Assembly: GCA_964512225.1 (NCBI GenBank) | Contig: CAZEKB010000023.1 | Span: 6,771-70,770, forward strand | From: an uncultured Rickettsiales bacterium | Lineage (GTDB): Bacteria > Myxococcota_A > UBA796 > UBA9615 | DNA length: 64,000 bases | Direction: 5' to 3' | Shown here: positions 24,741-34,647 of the stretch, one piece after another | Layout of the letters: every line of letters starts with the position of its first letter | Position numbering within the stretch: the stretch's first letter is position 1 | Position numbers and translations under genes: made by a program | Notes under the pieces: model-generated | Seen by the model: only the letters and a program-made list of their open reading frames with translations | What the model was told of the DNA's origin: nothing | Database searches by the model: none

Positions 24741-27632
24741 ATGCTGCGAGCCGCTCGCCTCGTCCTCGCCCTGGCCTGCGTCGTCGTCGTGGGGTGCCCC
24801 ACCGACGGGGAGGATCCCACCCCCGAGCCCACGCCCCCGGACTGCGACGGCGAGTACACGCCGCCCGAGCTGGCGATCGTCCCCATCGAGGACGGCCGGC
24901 CCACCGGCTTCCCCGTGGACGTGATCGTCGAGGCCGTGGACGAGGACGGCATCAACAACGTCCTGCTGTACTACCGGACCGAGGGCGTCCTCGACTGGGC
25001 CTTCATCTTCCTGAGCGAGATCCCCGACCAGGAGAACCTGTACGGCGGCCAGATCCCCGCGGGCGTCGTGCGCGAGCCCGGCGTCGACTGGTACATCGTG
25101 GCCGAGGACGTGGGCGAGTGCGCGACCGACGCGCGCCTGCCGCCGGACGCCCCGGACAGCTGGCTGAACTTCAAGACCGAGGTCTCGGTGCACCCCATCC
25201 CGGTGTCCGAGAACTTCGACACCGAGAACTGCGGCGAGGACCTCGACGACCTGGGCTGGACCTCGTGGATCGGGTCGTTCCCCCAGGAGCGCCACGCCTG
25301 GAAGACCGACCCCCGCGGCCCCCTGTCGGGCGGGTGCTCGGCCTACCACGACGAGGGCATCCCGGGGGGCCTGTGGCCCTGCCCCGCCGACGGCGGCGGC
25401 ATCGAGCGGGACAACTGGCTGATCACCCCCGCGCTCGACTTCACCACCAAGGAGGCCGTGGCGGTCCGCTGGTTCGAGCGGCACCGCGAGTCGGGCATCT
25501 GCGCCGAGCTGCACGAGCTGTACGTCAGCACCGGCTCGCCGGACCCGGCGGGCGAGGACTGGCAGCTGCTGGCGGGCGACCTGCCCCTGCCGGGGGCGTC
25601 CTGGCAGTCGTCCGACTGGTACGACCTCACGGAGCTCGCGGGCACCGAGCGCGTCTACCTCGCGCTGCGCTACCTCGGCGGCTCGGCGGGGCGCTGGCAG
25701 ATCGACGACTTCTACGTGGGCGAGCCGCTGGCGGACCTCGTGCTCGCCGAAGCGCCGACCCTGGACGAGACCGTCGAGCCCGGCACCACCGGCATCGAGC
25801 TCGCGCTGACCGTGCGGAACACGTCGGAGCTGTACGGCTCGCCGCAGCTCAACGCGACGCTGACCACGGGCGACGACGACCTCTCCATCACCGCCGCCGA
25901 GACCACGCTGCCCCCGCTGGCCGTGGGCGAGAGCGCGCCCCTGGACGCGAGCTTCGTCTTCGACGTCCTGGCCACGCACCCGGACAACGCGTACCTCGAC
26001 TTCGGTCTCGTCCTCGACGACGGGGACGCGGGCCACACCTGGACCATCCCCATCCGCATGCTCATGGGCCAGGAGAGCTACGTGACCGTCACGGTCACCA
26101 CGCCCGCCCTCTCGGAGCTGGACCTGGAGCTGGGCTACGGGTCGTTCGCGGCGCCCACCTTCTCGGTCGCGACCAACAGCGAGCTCCAGCCGGAGGTGCC
26201 GGACACGGACACGCGCACCTGGCGGCTGGACGTGACGGAGCACGCGGCGGTCCTGCCCCCGGGTCCCGGCGACGCTCGCTGGTACCTCGAGTGGGAGAAC
26301 GACACGGGCTTCGTGGGCGCGACGGTCGACTCGCTGGTCTTCGAGGTCGGCGGGGTGCAGTACGCCCCCGAGGACCTGCCCGCCGTCGTGAACGATCGGG
26401 AAGGCGACCACCTCCTCTTCCCGCCCCCGCCGGTGCTCGTGGTCGAGAGCTTCGAGACGGACCCCGATCCGGCGGCCCCGGGCACGAGGGTCACGCTGCA
26501 GAACGTCGTCCTGCGCAACGACGGCGCGGCCACGGCGGGGGCCGTCGACTGCATCGCGGGCTCGGCTCACCCCCACGCCGTGAACTTCTCCACCGCCCCG
26601 TCCGGGTTCGGCGGAGCGATCCTCGAGCCCGGGGCGACGGGCACGTCGGACACCGATCTGTCCTTCGACATCGCGCCCCAGCACACCGACAACACCGACA
26701 TCCCCGTGACGCTGGTATGCACGGACGGCGCGGACACGCTCACCCCCGGGCTGGACGTCCCCGTGCCCTACCCGAACATGACGACCCTGTCCGTCCGCAT
26801 CGACGACGACGCGGGGAACGACGACGGCTACGCCGACGCGGGCGAGACCGTGGACGTGTGGATCACCGTCACCAACGACGGCGCGCTCCCCACGGGCGGC
26901 GCCGTCACGGCCACGCTGACCCCCGCCCCCGCCGACAGCACCGCCGTGTTCGTGGCCCCCGGGAGCACTGCGCTGACCTTCGGCGCGGCGGCCTTCGATC
27001 CGGGGACGTCCGCCGAGGCGGACCAGAGCTTCTCGCTGGCCGTCGACGGCGCGGCGCTCATGGGCGACACGATGGTCTTCGACGCCGTCTACGAGTCCGA
27101 CGGCGATACCTGGACCGAGCAGGTCGTCGTCGAGGTCACGGGGCTGCCCTGGACCGACTGCTCCGAGCCGGACGACCCGATGGGGGACAGCGTCGGCACC
27201 TTCGACTTCGACATCAAGGGCTGCGCGAGCCGCAGCGACGACACGCTGCTGCAGATCCGCCTGGACTCCTGGACCCCGTTCAACCCGGCCACGACCGCCG
27301 TGTGGTTCTTCCTGTACGAGGTCCCCCTGCTCTACAGCATCGAGTACGTGCCCCCGGGCCTCGACTTCGAAGAGGGCTGCGTGGCGGGCGACGACATCGT
27401 CGGGCCGACGATGATGCCCACGGTCCTGAGCGACGGGCTCAGCTCGACGGTCCGGCTCCACCTCGACGACCTCGGGACCAACGGCGAGATCGGTCGCAAC
27501 GTGCAGGTCGCCTTCGGGGTCGGGTACTGCAGCGAGATCAACTACTGCGACACGTATCCCGTGGGCGCCGTCGCGTTCAGCGGGGGAGCCGCGAGCTGCA
27601 ACGAGAGCGCGTACATCCCCATCAACTGGTAG
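24741..27632 (+). CDS. Large lipoprotein (963 aa) with adhesin/MAM-like and Ig-like domains
   Basis: N-terminus MLRAARLVLALACVVVVGC. Starts 5 nt after the preceding stop. Confidence 0.7.
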   Translation: MLRAARLVLALACVVVVGCPTDGEDPTPEPTPPDCDGEYTPPELAIVPIEDGRPTGFPVDVIVEAVDEDGINNVLLYYRTEGVLDWAFIFLSEIPDQENLYGGQIPAGVVREPGVDWYIVAEDVGECATDARLPPDAPDSWLNFKTEVSVHPIPVSENFDTENCGEDLDDLGWTSWIGSFPQERHAWKTDPRGPLSGGCSAYHDEGIPGGLWPCPADGGGIERDNWLITPALDFTTKEAVAVRWFERHRESGICAELHELYVSTGSPDPAGEDWQLLAGDLPLPGASWQSSDWYDLTELAGTERVYLALRYLGGSAGRWQIDDFYVGEPLADLVLAEAPTLDETVEPGTTGIELALTVRNTSELYGSPQLNATLTTGDDDLSITAAETTLPPLAVGESAPLDASFVFDVLATHPDNAYLDFGLVLDDGDAGHTWTIPIRMLMGQESYVTVTVTTPALSELDLELGYGSFAAPTFSVATNSELQPEVPDTDTRTWRLDVTEHAAVLPPGPGDARWYLEWENDTGFVGATVDSLVFEVGGVQYAPEDLPAVVNDREGDHLLFPPPPVLVVESFETDPDPAAPGTRVTLQNVVLRNDGAATAGAVDCIAGSAHPHAVNFSTAPSGFGGAILEPGATGTSDTDLSFDIAPQHTDNTDIPVTLVCTDGADTLTPGLDVPVPYPNMTTLSVRIDDDAGNDDGYADAGETVDVWITVTNDGALPTGGAVTATLTPAPADSTAVFVAPGSTALTFGAAAFDPGTSAEADQSFSLAVDGAALMGDTMVFDAVYESDGDTWTEQVVVEVTGLPWTDCSEPDDPMGDSVGTFDFDIKGCASRSDDTLLQIRLDSWTPFNPATTAVWFFLYEVPLLYSIEYVPPGLDFEEGCVAGDDIVGPTMMPTVLSDGLSSTVRLHLDDLGTNGEIGRNVQVAFGVGYCSEINYCDTYPVGAVAFSGGAASCNESAYIPINW

Positions 27633-27717
27633 CCGCGACACCCGCTCCTTCGTCGCTTATGTTGTAGGCGTTCAGGATCCCCGCCCGCCGATCGGCGAGC
27701 GGTCTGCAGGAGTTCGA

Positions 27718-28515
27718 ATGGCCCCCAAGGCGCTCCCCGACGGATACCACCTCTCGCTCTCCATCTCCCAGTCGCTGTGGTCCGACCTGCTGGGACAAGC
27801 CCTCCCGATCCAGGTCGGGACCGGCGAGTTCGAGCTCATCGAGCAGAGCCGCAAGCTGCTGCACATGGCCGAAGACCAGGTGAAGGGGCTGCTCACCGGC
27901 GCCGGCGAGGCCATGGACTCGGCCCCCGTCATCGGCGGGTCCGTGGGCAAGGGCGTGCGCGGCAAGCTCAAGGGCGTGGCCAAGCGGGGCCGGAACTTCC
28001 TCTCGCGCAAGGTCGAGGAGAGCGTGAAGGTCACGGGCAACTGGAAGGTCAACGTCGCCAAGGACGGCAGCTCGTTCGACTACCACGACGACGGAGTCAC
28101 CCTGGACGCGCGCGTCGGCGTGGAGGTCGAGGGCCGGGCCCTGCTGCTGGGCGACCAGTTCGAGATCCCGTTCACGATCACGCACGACGTCAACGGCACC
28201 GCCTCCCTGGACGAGGTGGGCTTCAACAGCGACCGCAACCAGCTCGAGGGCAGCCTCGGCAGCGTGTCGCTGTCCCTGGGTGAGAGCCTCCCCCTGCGGC
28301 TGCTGAAGACCGTCGCCGACCGGCTGATCGAGCAGCAGATCATCAAGATGAACCCGCTGCCCCTCATCCCGAGCTCGACCATCGAGAACATGGTCCTGCC
28401 CGCGGGCGGGCCGCTGCGGCTGTCGGCCTCGATCGAGGACCTGTTCGTCGGCATCAACGGCGAAGACCTGACGCTGTCCGTCCGCTTCGCGTTCACGGGC
28501 GACGCCGCCGCTTGA
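27718..28515 (+). CDS. Hypothetical cytoplasmic protein (265 aa)
   Basis: GCAGGAG SD 5 nt upstream of the ATG. Composition is normal. The stop overlaps the downstream start (TTGA). Confidence 0.55.
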   Translation: MAPKALPDGYHLSLSISQSLWSDLLGQALPIQVGTGEFELIEQSRKLLHMAEDQVKGLLTGAGEAMDSAPVIGGSVGKGVRGKLKGVAKRGRNFLSRKVEESVKVTGNWKVNVAKDGSSFDYHDDGVTLDARVGVEVEGRALLLGDQFEIPFTITHDVNGTASLDEVGFNSDRNQLEGSLGSVSLSLGESLPLRLLKTVADRLIEQQIIKMNPLPLIPSSTIENMVLPAGGPLRLSASIEDLFVGINGEDLTLSVRFAFTGDAAA

Positions 28516-29720
28516 CCAGCCCCGCCGGATCCATCGCCGGACACGTCCTGACTCCCCGCGGCGACGGGAAGACGGCCCTGCTGCGCGACGCCCGCGTGGC
28601 GTGGGCGGGCGGGCGCATCACCGAGATCGGCTCCGGCACCGGCGACCTGTTGCTGATCCCCGGGCTCGTCGACGTCCACGTCCACCTCCCCCAGCACCGC
28701 GTCCGGGGCCGCTTTCAGGACGCGCTGCTGCCGTGGCTGCGCGACAGCATCTGGCCCGAGGAGATGCGTTTCGCCGAGCGCGAGTACCGCGAGGGGTGCA
28801 CGCGCGAGTTCCGGCAGGGGCTGATCGCGGCGGGCACCACCGCGGCCATGGTGTACGGCTCCCCGCTGGGCGACTCCGCCTACGCCGTCCTGGAGGACCT
28901 CGCGCCGCTGTGCATCAAGGGCGGCGACGTGCTGATGGACCGCAACGGCCCCGCCGCGACCCTGCGCGCGGCCCCGGCGGCGATGAAGGAGGCGGCCGAG
29001 CACGTGGCGACGTTCGGGGAGCGGTACGCGGTGACCCCGCGGTTCGTCCCCACCTGCTCCCCCGCGCTGATGACCGCCTGCGGGGAGCTGCTGGCGACGA
29101 CCGACGCGCGCATGCAGACGCACCTGTCCGAGAACCTCGACGAGGTCGCGTGGGTGCGGGATCTGCACCCCGAGTGCGACTCCTACACCGCCGTGTACGC
29201 GGAGCACGGGCTGCTGGGGCCGCGCTCGATCTTCGGGCACTGCATCCACCTGTCGGACGCCGAGCTGACCATGCTCGCCGAGTCGGGGTCGTGGGTCGCT
29301 CACTGCCCCACGTCGAACGTCGCGCTGGGGAGCGGGCGCATGCCCCTGGAGCGGATCCGCGCGGCGGGGATCCCGATCGCGCTGGCGACGGACGTGGGGG
29401 CGGGGCCGGAGCTGTCGATGCTGCACGTCATGGCGACGTGCGTGGACGTGCACCGGGGCGTGGTGGACGTCGCTCCGTCCGAGGCGCTCCGTCTGGCCAC
29501 CGTCGCGGGGGCCGCCGCCATGGGCGAGCCCGCGCGCGGAGCGTTGAAGCCGGGTTTCCACGCCGACGTCGTGGGGCTCCATGTGCCCGGCGGACTGCGC
29601 CGGAGCGACGACGCGGACAGCGTCCTCGCGCGCATCTTCGAGGAGTTCCGAGATCGCTGGGACGACGCCGTCGCCGCGGTGTTCGTGAGCGGCGAGCGCG
29701 TCGACGCCGCGCTATCGTGA
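28512..29720 (+). CDS. guaD: Guanine deaminase-like amidohydrolase
   Basis: GLVDVHVHLPQHRVRGRFQDALLPWLRDSIWPEEMRF aligns with the GuaD signature HIHYPQ…LLEWL…FP.E.R(F/Y). TTG start overlapping the upstream stop; a downstream GTG is also possible. Confidence 0.75.
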   Translation: MTSPAGSIAGHVLTPRGDGKTALLRDARVAWAGGRITEIGSGTGDLLLIPGLVDVHVHLPQHRVRGRFQDALLPWLRDSIWPEEMRFAEREYREGCTREFRQGLIAAGTTAAMVYGSPLGDSAYAVLEDLAPLCIKGGDVLMDRNGPAATLRAAPAAMKEAAEHVATFGERYAVTPRFVPTCSPALMTACGELLATTDARMQTHLSENLDEVAWVRDLHPECDSYTAVYAEHGLLGPRSIFGHCIHLSDAELTMLAESGSWVAHCPTSNVALGSGRMPLERIRAAGIPIALATDVGAGPELSMLHVMATCVDVHRGVVDVAPSEALRLATVAGAAAMGEPARGALKPGFHADVVGLHVPGGLRRSDDADSVLARIFEEFRDRWDDAVAAVFVSGERVDAALS

Positions 29721-29748
29721 CCGGGCGCCGAGGAGGAGCCGACCGACG

Positions 29749-31481
<1,733 letters not shown>

Positions 31482-31485
<4 letters not shown>

Positions 31486-31880
31486 CGCGGGAGGTCACGA
31501 TCCGGGTGGGCACGGTCCGGCTGGGCGACGACGGAGTGGTCCGGCAGGACTTCGTCGAGGGGGCCTACATGGAGGTCGCCGACTCCCGTGAGGCCATCGC
31601 CGCCGTCCGGGAGCTCACCGGGGACGTGCCCGCGTTCCTCCTGACGGACATGCGACACGTGAAGGGGGCGTCGTCGGAGGCGCGCGCGTTCGGCTCGACC
31701 CCCGAGATGGTCCCGTACATCGCCGCGATCGCCCTCCTGACCTCCTCGCCGCTCACGCGGATGATCGCCAACTTCTTCGTGCGGTTCACCCGCCCCGCCT
31801 ACCCCGTGCGCATGTTCACGGACCGGGACGAGGCGCTCGCCTGGCTCCTCGCCGCCAGGACCCGGGCCGCAGCGAGCTGA
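31482..31880 (+). CDS. Small STAS/SpoIIAA-like domain protein coupled to the hybrid kinase (hypothetical)
   Basis: ATGA overlap with the kinase stop. 132 aa ending …DRDEALAWLLAARTRAAAS. Confidence 0.5.
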
Positions 31881-31887
31881 CCGCTCG

Positions 31888-32499
31888 TCAGTCGTTGGCG
31901 GCGCCCGCGTCGATCCAGTTCTCGATGCCCGTGCGGTGATCTTGGTTGATGGGGAGGATGGCGCCGAACGGCATCGTCGCCCCGGTGTCCTCCCCCTCGG
32001 CCGGAGGCGCGTTCCCCTGGGTCCAGTTGATCTTCGCGAGCAGGAAGCTCTCCGCCGGGTTCCCGGGGTCGACCCTCAGCCACGTGCTCTCGGTCGACTG
32101 CGCGCCCACGACCCGGTCCCAGCCGTCCGGCTCCGTGATCCCGAACATGCCGCTCACGTGGGTCTCGGCCCGGTGACAGCCGCAGCTGACGGTGAAGACG
32201 TCCAGCTGAATCTGCGTCCAGGAGTACTCGTCGAGGGTGCCGTCGCAGTCCTGGTCGAGGCCGTCGATGAGCTCGGGGGCGCCCGGGTGGACGGTGGGGT
32301 CGTCGTCGTCGCAGTCGACGTCGTCCCCGAACCCGTCGCCGTCGTTGTCGGGGCCGTCTCCGACCACGTCGTCGTCGTCGGTCGCGTCGTCGTCGTCGGC
32401 ATCGGCTGCCGAGTCGTCGTCGTCGACGTCGGGGGAGGGGCAGGCGAAGAGGCCGAGCGCGGCGACCGCGCCGAGGAGGGGACGGGAGCGCCGGGTCAT
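31888..32499 (-). CDS. Asp-rich lipoprotein (203 aa)
   Basis: ATG at 32499. N-terminus MTRRSRPLLGAVAALGLFAC, then a poly-Asp region. Confidence 0.6.
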   Translation of the reverse strand: MTRRSRPLLGAVAALGLFACPSPDVDDDDSAADADDDDATDDDDVVGDGPDNDGDGFGDDVDCDDDDPTVHPGAPELIDGLDQDCDGTLDEYSWTQIQLDVFTVSCGCHRAETHVSGMFGITEPDGWDRVVGAQSTESTWLRVDPGNPAESFLLAKINWTQGNAPPAEGEDTGATMPFGAILPINQDHRTGIENWIDAGAAND

Positions 32500-32516
32500 G
32501 GCCTCAGGATAGACCG

Positions 32517-33047
32517 TCAGCCGGGGGGCGGCCCCTCGTCGCGGGCCCGGTACACGGCCGCGCCTTCGACGTAGTGGCTCCACGAGTAGCGGATCCACTC
32601 GAGCTCCTCGGCGGTGGTCTCGCGGACGCGTCGGCCGGGGCTGCCGAGCACGAGCGAGCGGGGCGGGACGACCGTCCCCATGGTCACGAGCGCGCCCGCC
32701 CCGACGATGCTCCCGGCCCCGATCACGGCGTTGTCCATGATCACCGAGCCCATCCCGATGATGCACCCGGACTCGACCCTGCAGCCGTGCAGGATCGCCC
32801 GGTGTCCGACGGTCACCCGCGGTCCCACGACGGTCACGGACTTGCCGCCGGTGTTGTGCAGCACGGCGCCGTCCTGGACGTTCGTATCCTCGCCCACCAC
32901 GAGGGGGCCGTCGTCGCCGCGGAGGACCGCGGTGGGCCACACCGACACGCGGGCGTCGATGCGCACCTCGCCGATCACGACGGCGGATCGATGCACCCAG
33001 GCGGTCGGGTCGATCTCGGGGAGCATCCCCGCGTACGGCTCGATCAC
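32517..33047 (-). CDS. Gamma-class carbonic anhydrase family protein (hexapeptide repeat, PaaY/YrdA-like)
   Basis: (V)IEPYAGMLPEIDPTAWVHRSAVVIGEVRIDARVSVWPTAVLRGD…NVQDGAVLH. GTG start at 33047 overlaps the Rieske stop (GTGA). An alternative ATG lies at 33026. Confidence 0.85.
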   Translation of the reverse strand: MIEPYAGMLPEIDPTAWVHRSAVVIGEVRIDARVSVWPTAVLRGDDGPLVVGEDTNVQDGAVLHNTGGKSVTVVGPRVTVGHRAILHGCRVESGCIIGMGSVIMDNAVIGAGSIVGAGALVTMGTVVPPRSLVLGSPGRRVRETTAEELEWIRYSWSHYVEGAAVYRARDEGPPPG

Positions 33048-34159
33048 TCGGGGCCCCCCACCCAGCGGTTCAGGACGGTGTGGAAGTGGGAGACCGCCGC
33101 TTCGTCGTCGTGCAGGACCTGCGTCTCCAGTCGCCCGCTCGCGACCCCCGCCTGGAAGCGGTCGAGCATGTCCAGGTCCTCGGCGAGGATGTACCGGGAC
33201 GCCGCCGCGGTGGCGTGGGCGCGCAGCAGCTCGAGGCCGCGGGCGCCCCGGCGCTTGCAGAAGAGGTAGTGGAGGCGGCAGGACGTCGCGTCGACCGGAT
33301 AGACCTGCATCACCGTGAGGTGGTACGGCAGCACGTTGACGAGGAAGTTCGGGAAGATCAGGTACTTGTGCAGGGCCGTCAGCTGCTTGTCCGTGTAGGG
33401 GCCGCCCCGGGTGCAGCGCCGGTCGAGGGCGCGACGCCAGGAGTAGAGCGCGATGTCCAGCCGTTGGCGGGTGTGGTCCCCGTACGACGCGAAGTCGGGG
33501 CCGTCGGAGACGTGCCGATTCACCGTCCGGGAGTGCACGACGGGCACGTGATAGAAGTCGACGACGTTCTCGAGCATCGCCTTCCAGTTGACCGGGACCG
33601 TGAGCACCTTCTCCTTGATGGCCCGCATGTCCTCCAGTCGGTAGGGCTCGAGCTCCTCGGGGATCCCCGCGAGCGTGTCCAGCAGCGGGGGGGCTTCGTC
33701 GTCGAGCGTGCCCCACAGGAAACCCATGAACTCCGCCGTGCGCACCGGGTGCAGCCCCATGCGGTCCTTCCTCAGGCGCTTCAGGCCGTCGGGGCGGGGG
33801 ACGTGGGCGAGCTCGCCGTCGAGCCCGTAGCCCCAGCCGTGGTACGGGCAGTGCAGACGGTCGGTCGTGCCGCGCCCCTCCAGGATCTTCGAGCCCCGGT
33901 GGCGGCAGGAGTTGTGGAAGGCGCCGAGGCGGCCCCGCTCGTCGCGCACGACCGCGATCGACTCGCCGAGCTCGTCCACCGTCCAGTAGTCGCCCGGCCT
34001 CGGCGCCCGCCACGTCGGCCCCAGGCAGAGCCAGGCGCGCCGGAAGACCGCGCGCCGCTCGACCTCCAGGAACTCGGGGTCCGTGTAGCGCGAGCTGGCG
34101 ACGCGACGCACCGAGCGGTGGGGCTCCAGGGGCGTGACGTTCGCGCGCGTGAAGGTCAT
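33044..34159 (-). CDS. Rieske [2Fe-2S] non-haem iron oxygenase, α-subunit-like
   Basis: Rieske motif CRHRGSKILEGRGTTDRLHCPYHGW. 371 aa. Confidence 0.85.
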   Translation of the reverse strand: MTFTRANVTPLEPHRSVRRVASSRYTDPEFLEVERRAVFRRAWLCLGPTWRAPRPGDYWTVDELGESIAVVRDERGRLGAFHNSCRHRGSKILEGRGTTDRLHCPYHGWGYGLDGELAHVPRPDGLKRLRKDRMGLHPVRTAEFMGFLWGTLDDEAPPLLDTLAGIPEELEPYRLEDMRAIKEKVLTVPVNWKAMLENVVDFYHVPVVHSRTVNRHVSDGPDFASYGDHTRQRLDIALYSWRRALDRRCTRGGPYTDKQLTALHKYLIFPNFLVNVLPYHLTVMQVYPVDATSCRLHYLFCKRRGARGLELLRAHATAAASRYILAEDLDMLDRFQAGVASGRLETQVLHDDEAAVSHFHTVLNRWVGGPE

Positions 34160-34471
34160 GGGCGCGTGGAGGTTAGCCGTCGCGGGGCCCGTTCGCAGGC
34201 GTCACGGCGCCGGTCTGCGGGGGGCGTCCGCGGGGTCGGGCGACGCGGCGCCCCCCGGGATCGAGTGGACGTCCGGAAATCCGAGGCTAAACTGCGTCTT
34301 AGAGGTCAAAGCCCGGCTTTTTCGGAGCTCCTTCGGGACTTCGCTGGAGTCATCCCGTCAACCCCCGCAGGGAGGCAGCGTCCGAAGGTTCCTGTTGACA
34401 CTCGCCCACCGCGACGGTCAACATGATGGTGCTCGCAGACGGACCCACCCCGCATTTCGAGGAGGCATGGC

Positions 34472-34531
34472 ATGAACTGGCGTCCCGCTCCGATTCCGAA
34501 GCCGACCCCGAAGCCCCGCCCCAAGTCCTAA
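34472..34531 (+). CDS. Candidate 19-aa proline-rich sORF MNWRPAPIPKPTPKPRPKS
   Basis: GAGGAGG SD at 34460-34466, 5-6 nt before the ATG. A TTGACA lies about 65 nt upstream. TAA stop. It sits in a 400-bp intergenic region and has no downstream plus-strand gene. Confidence 0.3.
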   Translation: MNWRPAPIPKPTPKPRPKS

Positions 34532-34647
34532 GGGCGGCGCCTCGCCCCTCACCCGGGGTCTTCAATTGCCGGTTCGCCCGGCGCTGAAGTAGTCGACAAA
34601 CTTCGTGTAGACCGCCGTCGCTCGCGACGGCGTTTCTACTTGGGGCT

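Noticed and set aside
31888-32499. Haem-binding c-type cytochrome motif in the Asp-rich lipoprotein (SCGCH)
   Set aside because: The sequence is C-G-C-H (CxCH), not the CxxCH haem-attachment motif.
34160-34260. Rho-independent terminator at aaagcccggcttttt
   Set aside because: Only a 5-bp A/U-rich stem with a 3-nt loop. It lies upstream of the minus-strand Rieske gene rather than downstream of a plus gene. Too weak to call.
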